A stretch of DNA of 64,000 bases from a virus (taxonomy: Duplodnaviria; Caudoviricetes): positions 1 through 64,000 of IMG/VR virus record IMGVR_UViG_3300029288_005816; one strand, 5' to 3'. A program made the translations under genes and the position numbers. Shown here in pieces: positions 9,326-18,949 of the stretch. The notes beneath the pieces were generated by a model. The model was given only the letters and a program-made list of their open reading frames with translations, was not told the origin of the DNA and did not search any database. How positions within the stretch are numbered: the first letter of the stretch is position 1; each line of letters opens with the position of its first letter.

Positions 9326-9655
9326 TTATAACTTAAAATTAGCCCATACTCCATCAAATAAACCTAGCCATTCTTCCAAATATCCTTCTTTTGATTTATC
9401 CCCGATTATATATTCAGTGTTATTTGGCAAGAAATCTTTTATTCTATTTAAGTCTTTTCTAAAAAAAATAATGTGAGCGTTTTCTATTATTTTATCACCA
9501 TTTAAATGTGTAAATCTTGTTTTTTCATTTAACATATATCCTCCTTGACAACTTTGTATAGTTTCTATACCATTGTCCCAAAGCGTTTGAATAAGTTCTG
9601 CTATACCTTCATCAATTTCAACACTGTTCATTAATATTTTTTTGTGTAATTTCAT
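9326..9655 (-). CDS. hypothetical protein
   Basis: IDEGIAELIQTLWDNGIETIQSCQGG, a type of small phage ORF. Confidence 0.7.
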   Translation of the reverse strand: MKLHKKILMNSVEIDEGIAELIQTLWDNGIETIQSCQGGYMLNEKTRFTHLNGDKIIENAHIIFFRKDLNRIKDFLPNNTEYIIGDKSKEGYLEEWLGLFDGVWANFKL

Positions 9656-9662
9656 AATTTAG

Positions 9663-9956
9663 CTAATTTAAACACACTTTATATTTGTTTTTACCTAATA
9701 ATAGTGCTGCATATTTATATTGAAGTAAACACCGTGGAGAGAAAGCACATATTTCATCACTGCCATTGTTACTTTTCCACTTGGTTGTTATTGATTTGCT
9801 ATCTATTGAAAATATCTTCATTGCAGATTCTGGATTTGACTTTAAGAACACTGTTTGTCCAACTTTAAACATATTGATATTAGTATGACATATTTGATAC
9901 TGCCAGTCATATAATTGTAAATCTCCTTCTTTAAATATTTTTATTTCATCTTTCAT
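9663..9956 (-). CDS. hypothetical protein
   Basis: Operonic ORF; FKVGQTVFLKS. Confidence 0.65.
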   Translation of the reverse strand: MKDEIKIFKEGDLQLYDWQYQICHTNINMFKVGQTVFLKSNPESAMKIFSIDSKSITTKWKSNNGSDEICAFSPRCLLQYKYAALLLGKNKYKVCLN

Positions 9957-10537
9957 TTTGTCTTAAAATAATGCTCACGAGAGATTTTTAATCTATTACA
10001 CATTTCATCAAAGGCATCAAAAATTATCAATAACCAATTATCAACTTTTTCACAAAATGGAATATCTTCATATTCTATAAATCTTGGGATATAATTATCT
10101 CTATATGCCTTATATTTGTATTCCAATTCATCATCTGTTTCCAATAGCAATTCTTCATACCATTCTTTTGCTTTTTCTAGCTTTTCCCCTTCATATCCAT
10201 ATTCTTCAAGCCCAGTATCAATAAGTCCTTTTATGTTCTTTGCAGTTTCTTCTGCATCATAACTTTTAGCTTTTTGTTTACTAAGCGTTCCCAACTTTTC
10301 TAACCAATAAGAATCTGACACACATCCATCAGCACTAGGTACAAATGGCCTACAAAAAACCCAATTCCCGTAATCTCCTGTTACAGTTAGTACTCTATCT
10401 GTATTTATAAATTGAATGTATCTATTATTGCTATCTCCTACTTGAAAATGGTCAATTCTTATTTCTTTCTCCCCATTTTTAAATATTTCAACACGATGTT
10501 CATGTTTACTAAAGTCAATACCTGTCCTATTTTTCAT
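9953..10537 (-). CDS. hypothetical phage protein
   Basis: LTVTGDYGNWVFCR; 4-nt overlap with neighbour. Confidence 0.75.
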   Translation of the reverse strand: MKNRTGIDFSKHEHRVEIFKNGEKEIRIDHFQVGDSNNRYIQFINTDRVLTVTGDYGNWVFCRPFVPSADGCVSDSYWLEKLGTLSKQKAKSYDAEETAKNIKGLIDTGLEEYGYEGEKLEKAKEWYEELLLETDDELEYKYKAYRDNYIPRFIEYEDIPFCEKVDNWLLIIFDAFDEMCNRLKISREHYFKTK

Positions 10538-10687
10538 TTTATCTGATATTTTTTAAATAAAAATTTTTTCTATTGCTTTGTCTTCTATAGTATACAATTT
10601 TCTATACCCGATTATGGTAGCACCACGATGACCATAATTACTATATCTATCTATTATCAAAATCTTTTAAATTATCCATTTCCATTT

Positions 10688-11062
10688 TTATACCAAATTA
10701 TTAATTTTCAATTTTATCATATCAATATCTGATTGTATATAATTTAGAAAGTCATCTCTACTAATTTCAGTTGGTTTTGTAAATTTATATATACTTTCAG
10801 TTCCGTCTATTTCTATTCTAAACTCATTATTATCAAAAAATAATTTTAGACCATTAACATGAACATGATTTTCATCAACATAATCTATTTTATCAACTCT
10901 AAAATAGCAAGTAGTACTCAGACGAAAATATCTTCCAATTAGGCCATGATATTCTTTATTTTCTTCTTTTTCAATTTGGTTTTGTAGCTCTAAAACTTCA
11001 GATTGCTTTTTTTTCAATTTTTCTTTTAATTTTTCTATCATATTATTTCTTTTTGTTTTCAA
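10688..11062 (-). CDS. hypothetical protein
   Basis: Operonic ORF. Confidence 0.65.
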   Translation of the reverse strand: MKTKRNNMIEKLKEKLKKKQSEVLELQNQIEKEENKEYHGLIGRYFRLSTTCYFRVDKIDYVDENHVHVNGLKLFFDNNEFRIEIDGTESIYKFTKPTEISRDDFLNYIQSDIDMIKLKINNLV

Positions 11063-11549
11063 TCAATGACCTCATAAACTCATACATTCCATTATCTCCT
11101 TTCTTTTCTCGCATCTTTTCATAGTATTCATTTAGTTTATCCCAATTATCAACAAGATTACTCCATATAGGAGAAAGTGATTTTAACTTATATAATTCTT
11201 TTTTCCACTCTGGAACGGTTTCTAATAATTTCCAACATCTACCGAAATCGGAGGGGTCGGAAGGATGATGAATTGAAAATCCCTTATTACCCATAAAACA
11301 ATTCCACATTGTCATAGAGCTTAAACCTCTTTCCGATACTTCAAACCACCACATTGCTCTATCATGTACAGATTTATTTTTATCTACTTTTGGTTCCTCC
11401 CAGGTTTTTTTACAATTTTTATGAAGATTATTAAATGCTTCTATTTTCTCAGTCATTTCTTTAATTGATATTGGATAATTTAAGGCAAATTCTCCACCAC
11501 AATTAAGACAAAAAAGATTTTCGTTTCTAAATGTTGTATTTGCTTTCAT
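11043..11549 (-). CDS. hypothetical phage protein with CxxC
   Basis: CLNCGGE; HPSDPSDFGRCWKLLE. Confidence 0.75.
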   Translation of the reverse strand: MKANTTFRNENLFCLNCGGEFALNYPISIKEMTEKIEAFNNLHKNCKKTWEEPKVDKNKSVHDRAMWWFEVSERGLSSMTMWNCFMGNKGFSIHHPSDPSDFGRCWKLLETVPEWKKELYKLKSLSPIWSNLVDNWDKLNEYYEKMREKKGDNGMYEFMRSLIENKKK

Positions 11550-11561
11550 ATATTTATTGTT

Positions 11562-11903
11562 TTAAAATACATTGTTACATTTATTACATCTTAATCGTAT
11601 ACAATAATCTCCGCCAAAAACAGAAAATTTCTTTGATTCACCACATTTGCAAACAGCATCATTCTCTCCTTTAGAAAATTTTACATTAAAAATTTTTTCT
11701 ATATTTTGTTTTATTTGTTCACCACCTTCAAACCATAAAAAATCATAACTTGTAAAATGTGTTATTCTATTTTTATTATTGTTATAATCATAATTTGCTC
11801 CATAAAGTAACCCATCTTGTTCATAAAACTTAAAGTCTTTCTTTTTATAATGGTCTCCGAGCTGTGATATCAAATAATCTGTAATATCTTTCCTAAATTT
11901 CAT
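11562..11903 (-). CDS. hypothetical protein with C-terminal zinc ribbon
   Basis: CKCG...CNKC. Confidence 0.65.
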   Translation of the reverse strand: MKFRKDITDYLISQLGDHYKKKDFKFYEQDGLLYGANYDYNNNKNRITHFTSYDFLWFEGGEQIKQNIEKIFNVKFSKGENDAVCKCGESKKFSVFGGDYCIRLRCNKCNNVF

Positions 11904-12178
11904 AATTTATTATTGTTTTTTGTTATTAAAATATCAATTACAGCAAGTAATATAATTAGTATCATTACTATTAATACTGGAATAGATAATTTAACTCGAT
12001 ATAAATATTCCGCTATCATACCAATAAAAGCACCAGATATATATCTTTGTATATTTTTAAATTTATTCATTCTTATAGTCTATTAAATTACAGAATATAT
12101 TAACAAAGTTATAATTTTTTTTTGAAATTACAAAATTTTTTTATATTTATATGTAAGACAATAATAAATATTACAAAT

Positions 12179-12337
12179 ATGAAAAAATTTCAAGCAAAAA
12201 CAGTAACATTCAGGATAGATGCTGAATTATACCAAAAATGTATTAAGTTATCTATAGAAAAAAGCCAAAAAGAAGGTAGAATTGTTAAACTAAGTGAAAT
12301 TATAAGAGAGGCAATTACCACTTGGCTGAAAAATTAA
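12179..12337 (+). CDS. ribbon-helix-helix DNA-binding protein
   Basis: TVTFRIDAELY...KLSEIIREAI; paralog at 47825. Confidence 0.65.
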   Translation: MKKFQAKTVTFRIDAELYQKCIKLSIEKSQKEGRIVKLSEIIREAITTWLKN

Positions 12338-12348
12338 ACATTACAATT

Positions 12349-12957
12349 ATGAAAAAAAAAGATTACCAAGAAAAATATTGGGAAAAAAACAAATTGGCAC
12401 TAATCAAAAAAAACGCCAAATATAGGGAAGAAAATAAAGAATTTCTATCAAAAAATAAAAAAAAATATTATTTAAAAAACAGAGAGGAAATACTATTAAA
12501 AAGTAAAATATATCACGAGCAAAATAAAGAAAAAATTAACAAAAGAAGAAAGGAATACCGAGAAAAAAACAGAATAAAAATTGCAAAACAAAAAAGAGAA
12601 TATCAAAAAAAACTTCACAACACTATTAATGGTAAATTAATGCATAACATTAGGCAATCAATTAGGCGCTCGCTATCCAGCAAAGGATATACTAAAAAAT
12701 TTGCGAGTGAAAAAATACTTGGTTGTTCAATTGAAGAATTTAAAAAGTACCTTGAATCTAAATTCGAACCTTGGATGAGCTGGAAAAATAAAGGTTTATA
12801 TAATGGTGAATTTAATTATGGATGGGACATTGACCATATTGTTTCATTGTCCACAGCAGAAACAGAAGAAAATATAATTAAGTTAAATCACTACACAAAC
12901 CTTCAACCACTATGTAGCAAAATAAACAGAGATATTAAAAAAAATAAAATATTATAA
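12349..12957 (+). CDS. HNH-type free-standing endonuclease
   Basis: Basic repeats KEYREKN; WDIDHIVSLS...NHYTNLQPL. Confidence 0.7.
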   Translation: MKKKDYQEKYWEKNKLALIKKNAKYREENKEFLSKNKKKYYLKNREEILLKSKIYHEQNKEKINKRRKEYREKNRIKIAKQKREYQKKLHNTINGKLMHNIRQSIRRSLSSKGYTKKFASEKILGCSIEEFKKYLESKFEPWMSWKNKGLYNGEFNYGWDIDHIVSLSTAETEENIIKLNHYTNLQPLCSKINRDIKKNKIL

Positions 12958-14325
12958 ACTTGATGCTTTATGAATTTCCAAGCATTCTTCAAGAGTATTT
13001 GCAATATCTTTATCTCCGATTCTTGATTTAATATAGCGTGGATGTAATAGCGAATATTTTTTATCAGTGATTGAAACACCATTACACTTTATTTCCGCAA
13101 TTGTTCCTAAATATTTATCTTGATTTCTGGTTATTTCTTCCATATCGTCTTCTGTAATGCCGCCAGCCATCGCCTTTAATATTCCATCTTCACTTTGCAC
13201 TTCCAAAGAAGATACTACATGTTCATTTTTTGTACCTTTGTCTCCATATGAAAATCCTGTTATTTTAAGGTCTAGTAAAACTTCTTTCTTTATTTTAATT
13301 TGATATGATGGCTTTGAGTCCACCCACATTCCTGATGCAGCCTTTAAAACAGTACCTTCTAGCCCCCTATCTAAAACATCTTCAAAATGCACCATTGCCT
13401 CTTCTATGTTTTTAACTACCCTGGTCTCAACAACAGATAGCATTTTTAAATCTTTTAAAATTTCTTCTAATTTTGCCAATCTCTCTTCATATTCTTTCCC
13501 ACAAGTTCTTTCATAATATTCATCAAGGGTTAAAAAATCCCAAGATGTTACAATAATAGAGTCAAGAGCTTGTCGATATGGCATATGCTTTTCCTCAAAT
13601 TTTGCAATTTCTTTACCTGTGTTTTCTCCGTTGCTTTTCTTGTTTGCAATAGATATTAGAGACGTAATCATCCCATTACTTTTGTATCTTTCAACTCCAA
13701 CCATAGTCAATTCAGAATTAAGTACTCCATTTGGAAGCTTTTTTAATTCTTCCAAAAACTTTGGATTTTCGAGATTGATTGTTTCTCCTTGCCTTGATTC
13801 TAAAAATGGAGTTGAATCATCTATTATAATATTTGCATATTGTCCGTCTGCTTTTAGTTGAGAATATATTTTTTTATATTTGGCAAATAATTTATTTACT
13901 AAATCTTTTGAATAAGGCTTACATCCTTGATAACCCACTTTTTCAATTAATTTTGGAATAACTTTATTGATATTGGTGGTTCCCATGCCTATTTTTGCAT
14001 CTTTGTCAATAGTCCTCTCTATTATATAAGAATCATCCGAAGATAATGATGATAATATATCTTTTAAATGGTTGATTGCGTCATAACCAGTCAATTCTCT
14101 ATTACTTAGCTTTTCCAAAAAAATTAATGCCTCATCCAAACTCATTGTCGGATTTGAAGTTGGTTTGTATTCTGGAATAGCTTTTACGTAAAATTTTACT
14201 CGTTTTGATAAAATTTTGTATAATACTCTTTTTAAAAGTTCGTTATCTCTGTATTTTGCGAGAATTTCCATCTTTTTATTGGTGGAACTCTCAGCTGCAA
14301 TTTCATCAAATATTTTTTTTATCAT
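12952..14325 (-). CDS. lig: ATP-dependent DNA ligase (T4 gp30-like)
   Basis: QLKADG motif I, EGTVLK, IKIKK, LLHPRY. Confidence 0.9.
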   Translation of the reverse strand: MIKKIFDEIAAESSTNKKMEILAKYRDNELLKRVLYKILSKRVKFYVKAIPEYKPTSNPTMSLDEALIFLEKLSNRELTGYDAINHLKDILSSLSSDDSYIIERTIDKDAKIGMGTTNINKVIPKLIEKVGYQGCKPYSKDLVNKLFAKYKKIYSQLKADGQYANIIIDDSTPFLESRQGETINLENPKFLEELKKLPNGVLNSELTMVGVERYKSNGMITSLISIANKKSNGENTGKEIAKFEEKHMPYRQALDSIIVTSWDFLTLDEYYERTCGKEYEERLAKLEEILKDLKMLSVVETRVVKNIEEAMVHFEDVLDRGLEGTVLKAASGMWVDSKPSYQIKIKKEVLLDLKITGFSYGDKGTKNEHVVSSLEVQSEDGILKAMAGGITEDDMEEITRNQDKYLGTIAEIKCNGVSITDKKYSLLHPRYIKSRIGDKDIANTLEECLEIHKASSL

Positions 14326-14342
14326 ATAATAAATTTTATTTT

Positions 14343-14849
14343 TTAATCATCCCAATTTGTATCACCATCCCATCCCACAATTTTTTTTAATTCATCTTTT
14401 GAGAATGAGTGTACTTTACCTACCATCTTAGTCCAACATTTAGCAGTTCTTCCTCCATATGGTTTTGCTAAACCATGTAAAGTACACTTTTTTGTTGTTT
14501 CATCAAGAAATGTGCATGGTGTATTAATATCATAAGTAGCGTTAGATGGCAAATACTTTCCTGCATAAGACTGCCATTCTTTTCGAATTGGGGTCAAAGT
14601 GAAATGTCCATCTTTTGCACTTGCTGTATCAACCACTAAATATTTTTTAAAAAGTTTTTTACGAGTTAAATGAAAATGTTTTGCCATAATAGCTATATCC
14701 TCTTTAGAGAGATTACATGGTTTTAGCCAACAACAGAATGAACAACATTTGCAAGATTTCTGATTTGAACCTTCTCCTCCTTTTAAATTTTTATAAAGAA
14801 TATTTGCTTTCTTTGAATATTCCATTGATTTAAACATATTTCCAAACAT
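14343..14849 (-). CDS. YkgJ-like cysteine-cluster protein
   Basis: CKCCSFCC, PCTFLD..KCTLH..KP. Confidence 0.7.
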   Translation of the reverse strand: MFGNMFKSMEYSKKANILYKNLKGGEGSNQKSCKCCSFCCWLKPCNLSKEDIAIMAKHFHLTRKKLFKKYLVVDTASAKDGHFTLTPIRKEWQSYAGKYLPSNATYDINTPCTFLDETTKKCTLHGLAKPYGGRTAKCWTKMVGKVHSFSKDELKKIVGWDGDTNWDD

Positions 14850-14882
14850 ACTATCTACAATTTTTTATTAACATATTAGCTT

Positions 14883-14906
14883 ATACGATAAAACATAACA
14901 AATGTT
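14883..14906 (-). promoter_or_regulatory. ECF-like promoter AAC-N16-CGTAT
   Basis: TAACATT...TCGTATAA. Confidence 0.7.
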
Positions 14907-14926
14907 ATAATTTTGTAATTGTTATT

Positions 14927-15244
14927 TTATATTTCATGTCCACAAATAGAACATTTATAATAATCATTATGACTATCATGTCCTTCATATTTCATTGCAC
15001 TAGACCCATTTTCTTTTTTGTGATTACACAAATTTTGAAGTGCTTTTATAGCCATATCAATTTTGTTGATAGTTTTATGCAAATCCTCTTTTTCTGATTC
15101 TAGATTTTTAATTATTGAATCTGCTTCAACACAAGTGCTTTCAGAATATATATCCTGAAGAGCTTCTATAGCTATATTAATTTTATTAAATCTTTCAAAT
15201 AAAACATTTTTATCTTGACTTAATTTTTTAATTTGTTCTTTCAT
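14927..15244 (-). CDS. hypothetical coiled-coil/zinc-finger protein
   Basis: Internal duplication KIN(I/M)AI(E/K)ALQ; CNH...HDSH...CSICG. Confidence 0.65.
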   Translation of the reverse strand: MKEQIKKLSQDKNVLFERFNKINIAIEALQDIYSESTCVEADSIIKNLESEKEDLHKTINKIDMAIKALQNLCNHKKENGSSAMKYEGHDSHNDYYKCSICGHEI

Positions 15245-15256
15245 AATTTTATATTT

Positions 15257-15712
15257 TTATCTTGAAACACTCACTTCAGCATTTGGATAATTATAGCATG
15301 CATTTAAATAATTTTCAACAAACTTAACAAGTACTTCATAAGTACCCCACCCATTATCAGGGTTAAATTCTCTATACTTGTCAGGTTCCAATTTTAATTT
15401 ATGAAGTCCTTCTCTTAAAGGCTCAATCAATTCTTTAGCTTTTGTAATGCCAAGTTCATCTGGACGCCATAAATACTTGTATATTTTCACTTCCTCTGCC
15501 ATTTTGCCTAAATTATGTGTGATATTAGCAGAATAAACTTCATCAGTTTCATACTGTTGCGATTGTAATTTTACTGGGTCTTTATCTGGAAACTTTTCAT
15601 TCCATTCTTGTACAGTTATTTCTTTTGTTTCGCCATTCTCACGAATAAAAATTCCTGATGAACTTTTGGGTACATTTGCACCTTTTTGACTTAAATATAC
15701 ATCTAAACTCAT
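15257..15712 (-). CDS. hypothetical phage protein
   Basis: MSLDVYL...ANITHNLGKMA...NPDNGWGTY. Confidence 0.75.
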   Translation of the reverse strand: MSLDVYLSQKGANVPKSSSGIFIRENGETKEITVQEWNEKFPDKDPVKLQSQQYETDEVYSANITHNLGKMAEEVKIYKYLWRPDELGITKAKELIEPLREGLHKLKLEPDKYREFNPDNGWGTYEVLVKFVENYLNACYNYPNAEVSVSR

Positions 15713-15723
15713 TATAATTTTAT

Positions 15724-16037
15724 TTAAAGTTTTTTATAATCTTTATAAATCCAAATAGTAGCATCATTACTATTATGAAAATAACTTTCAGATACATTTA
15801 GCTGTTCTCTAATTTTTGGCATCCAATAATCCATATTATCAAATGTACTGCCTTTTTCATTTTTGTTATTTTGTATCTGCCAATCAGCAAACAAAATATC
15901 AAATGCCCAGCAGTTATCTGTATCCCCACAAACTGCCCCTGTTTGATTTGGCCTTCTTTTTATTTCTTTTGCATTTTACCAAGAATTTTATTTAATTCTG
16001 CAAGAATTATATATTCATCAGTTAATTTGTTTTCCAT
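15724..16037 (-). pseudogene. frameshifted hypothetical ORF
   Basis: MENKLTDEY...GK joins NAKEIKRRPNQTGAVCGD...KKL* if one A is added to the A4 run near 15975. Confidence 0.45.
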
Positions 16038-16061
16038 ATTTTTATTTTAAATAAATGTTTA

Positions 16062-16355
16062 CTATAGTATTTTTTCAAAATCGTCATATCTAAAAGTTAT
16101 GTTTAATTGGCATTCATCTTCAACCACTTTGAATGGTGATTCTATAATTTTTAGATTTTTAAATTTATAACCAGGAAGTGCAACAAATTCTGTCCAGATG
16201 TCTTTTTTATCTTTTATTTTTTCAACTAGCTTACACCAATCATATAAAAAACTTGTTGTGTTGTTTTTTTGTTCCAACTCTTCAATTGCTTGACTTGTGG
16301 GTAAAACAAAATTATATGTTTTATCTCCGATTTTTATTTCTTTGCTCATCTTCAT
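16062..16355 (-). CDS. hypothetical protein
   Basis: Operonic ORF. Confidence 0.6.
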   Translation of the reverse strand: MKMSKEIKIGDKTYNFVLPTSQAIEELEQKNNTTSFLYDWCKLVEKIKDKKDIWTEFVALPGYKFKNLKIIESPFKVVEDECQLNITFRYDDFEKIL

Positions 16356-16689
16356 ATTTTTTAAATGTTAACCACGTTGTTTTCATATTTGGAGGCATTT
16401 CATTAAGAAACTTTGAAATTAACTCATTTGCCGCTTTTATCTTATTGGCGTTTTCTATTTCTTTCTCTTCTGCCTCACTTTCTCTTCCCATAATATATGC
16501 ATCTTCGTTTATTCTATAATGGTATGGAGCATCAGCTATTTCTCTTGCTTCATTAATAATTAAATGCTCTTCTTCAGTAAAAAAGTCTTCAAAACACTTT
16601 TCTATATGATAATTAATTTGCCTACCTACAGAAGCAAGTTCGTCTTTATATTCTTCTACTGTATTATATGCTTTTTTTAAATCTTCCAT
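16321..16689 (-). CDS. hypothetical protein
   Basis: Operonic ORF. Confidence 0.65.
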   Translation of the reverse strand: MEDLKKAYNTVEEYKDELASVGRQINYHIEKCFEDFFTEEEHLIINEAREIADAPYHYRINEDAYIMGRESEAEEKEIENANKIKAANELISKFLNEMPPNMKTTWLTFKKYEDEQRNKNRR

Positions 16690-16703
16690 ATTAAATCAGC
16701 TTT

Positions 16704-17339
16704 TTACATAAAACTAACCCACCCACGCAAAAAAGAGAGTGGCAATTCTGTATAATTTATAATTCCATTATCGAGGCCATCTTTAATAACACTGTCTTTA
16801 TTTTCATATTTGCATTTTTCTAAAAAATTAACCATAGATTCAATAACTTGTTCCTTTGTATCAGTGGTTTCAAACTTTCCAATAGAACAATCTGAACAAT
16901 CCATATCATACCAAAAAAACATATATCTGTTTATAGTTTCATTTTCTTCTGTCTCAATTTCAGAAAGAATTAATATATCATCTCCAAAGCAATCTAATTT
17001 TGTATGATACATCTCAAACTTGCCAGATACTATTTTTTCTTTTAATTCTTTTTTCGTTCCATTAAATTTAAACCAATCTCTTTCTCCATTATTTTGATAA
17101 TCAATATTTCTATCAGAGATATTTTCATCATCTGATGTATATCTATCAGCCAAATAGCATTTAATTGGTTTAACGTAATTAATAAACCCATTTAAAAATG
17201 TTGATGAAACATATGTCCAAACAACTCCATATGGAATTGGATTGTGTGCTATTTCTTTGGGATATTCATAATTATCTTCAAAATAATCCCAAATTGTTTT
17301 CTTTTTTTCCATATTAAATTTTTTAAGCTTTGTTCTCAT
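16704..17339 (-). CDS. hypothetical protein
   Basis: 211-aa ORF downstream of promoter. Confidence 0.7.
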   Translation of the reverse strand: MRTKLKKFNMEKKKTIWDYFEDNYEYPKEIAHNPIPYGVVWTYVSSTFLNGFINYVKPIKCYLADRYTSDDENISDRNIDYQNNGERDWFKFNGTKKELKEKIVSGKFEMYHTKLDCFGDDILILSEIETEENETINRYMFFWYDMDCSDCSIGKFETTDTKEQVIESMVNFLEKCKYENKDSVIKDGLDNGIINYTELPLSFLRGWVSFM

Positions 17340-17360
17340 AATTTTTATTTGAATTTAAGA

Positions 17361-17392
17361 CAAAAATAACATATATTTATGAGAAAACCAAA
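17361..17392 (-). promoter_or_regulatory. Bacteroidota housekeeping-type promoter
   Basis: TTTG-N20-TATTTTTG. Confidence 0.6.
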
Positions 17393-17549
17393 TTCTATGA
17401 AAGAAAAATCAAAAAGATTAGACATAGTTATTACTCCAGAAATTTCAAAAAAATTAAACGAAGGAAATTATAATAAAAATAAACTGATTATAAATCTTTT
17501 AAAAAAATTTTTGGCTAAAAAAGAAAAAAATATTACGTCTTTGCCGTAA
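17379..17549 (+). CDS. small RHH-like protein (56 aa, not in ORF track)
   Basis: Hand translation MRKPNSMKEKSKRLDIVITPEISKKL...NKNKLIINLLKKFL. Confidence 0.5.
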   Translation: MRKPNSMKEKSKRLDIVITPEISKKLNEGNYNKNKLIINLLKKFLAKKEKNITSLP

Positions 17550-17589
17550 TTTTATTTTTTTATATATTTACAATAAACAATTATAAATT

Positions 17590-17763
17590 ATGGGAAGAAA
17601 AAAACTAACACAGGAAGAAAAAAGGCAAATATTAACCATTCACCTTCCAAACGAACTTTTCGTAAAATTTGAAAAGTTAAATGTAAAAAATAAATCTAAG
17701 TTTTTTAATTGGTTATTGGAAGAATATTTTAACGAATTAAGCAAAAAAAATAACTATGTCTAA
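17590..17763 (+). CDS. small RHH-like protein (57 aa, not in ORF track)
   Basis: MGRKKL...ILTIHLPNELFVKF...NKSKFFNWLLEEYF; overlaps endonuclease start. Confidence 0.6.
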   Translation: MGRKKLTQEEKRQILTIHLPNELFVKFEKLNVKNKSKFFNWLLEEYFNELSKKNNYV

Positions 17764-18949
17764 TAAATATAAAACAGAAAAGTTTATTAAAAGAGCCATA
17801 GAAATTCATGGAAATAAATATAATTATTCTTTTGTAAATTACATAAATTCAAGAACAAAAGTAAAAATAATTTGTTTGGAACATGGTGTTTTTGAACAAG
17901 AAATTGGAGTTCATTTAAAAGGAAGTGGGTGTGCTAAATGTAGTTTTGAGAAATCAAGATGTTCAAGTAGAAACTTTATAGACAAGGCGAATGTAATTCA
18001 CAATAGCAAATATGATTATTCATTGGTTAATTATGTAAATAATAAAACTAAAGTTAAAATAATTTGTCCAATTCATGGAGTTTTTGAAATGATTCCCAAC
18101 GCTCACTTATGTGGTCAAGGTTGTTCAAAATGCCGCTATGAAAATGTCTCAAAAAGATTTACTATGACATTCAATGAGTTTATTGACAAAGCCAATAAAA
18201 TACACAAAAACAAGTATGATTATTCTTTAGTTTCTTTAAATTTACAAAATAAAATTAAAATAATTTGTCCTATACATGGAATTTTCGAACAAAAGCCAGG
18301 AAGTCATCTATTTGGACAAGGTTGCCCAACTTGCGGTGGCAGTAAAAAATTGAACAAAGAGTTTTTTATTAAGTCTTCTATTAAAATACACGGAAATAAA
18401 TATGATTATTCTTTGGTAGATTACAAAAACAATCGTACAGCGGTTGAAATTATATGTCCAAAGCATGGCGTGTTTAAACAAACCGCAAAAAAACATATTA
18501 CTAGAAAGCAGGGGTGTCCAATGTGTAGAAATTCCAAAGGGGAAAATATTCTGTTCAATCTATTCACAAAAAACAAAATTAAATTTACCCCACAAAAAAA
18601 ATTTAGTGAATGCAAATCAATAAATCTTCTTCCATTCGATTTTTATTTAGATGAATTTAATTGTTGTATTGAGTTTCATGGTTTACAGCATTTTCAATCA
18701 ATCAAAGTATTTGGAGCAGAAGAAAAATTTATTTATTTACAAAAAAAAGATAAAATAAAAGAAAAATACTGTGAAAACAATAATATTTCATTGTTAATAA
18801 TATTTGATAAGTGTACGGAATTCAAAAAACTGTATTTTGTGGATTTATTTAATAATACAAACGAATATATAAAAAACATTATAATAAACAAAAACAACAT
18901 GTCTCAAGTAACCCCCGAAGAGTATAATGATTTTAAATCATCTTTTTAA
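17756..18949 (+). CDS. free-standing endonuclease with four DUF723-like zinc repeats and C-terminal PD-(D/E)xK/Vsr-like domain
   Basis: 4x KYDYS..Y..KVKIICPIHGxFEQ..HL.GxGCxxC; LPFDFYL..CIEFHGLQHF. Confidence 0.8.
   Translation: MSNKYKTEKFIKRAIEIHGNKYNYSFVNYINSRTKVKIICLEHGVFEQEIGVHLKGSGCAKCSFEKSRCSSRNFIDKANVIHNSKYDYSLVNYVNNKTKVKIICPIHGVFEMIPNAHLCGQGCSKCRYENVSKRFTMTFNEFIDKANKIHKNKYDYSLVSLNLQNKIKIICPIHGIFEQKPGSHLFGQGCPTCGGSKKLNKEFFIKSSIKIHGNKYDYSLVDYKNNRTAVEIICPKHGVFKQTAKKHITRKQGCPMCRNSKGENILFNLFTKNKIKFTPQKKFSECKSINLLPFDFYLDEFNCCIEFHGLQHFQSIKVFGAEEKFIYLQKKDKIKEKYCENNNISLLIIFDKCTEFKKLYFVDLFNNTNEYIKNIIINKNNMSQVTPEEYNDFKSSF

Noticed and set aside
15724-16037. Programmed -1 frameshift
   Set aside because: A4 run is not a canonical slippery heptamer; more likely a pseudogene or indel error.
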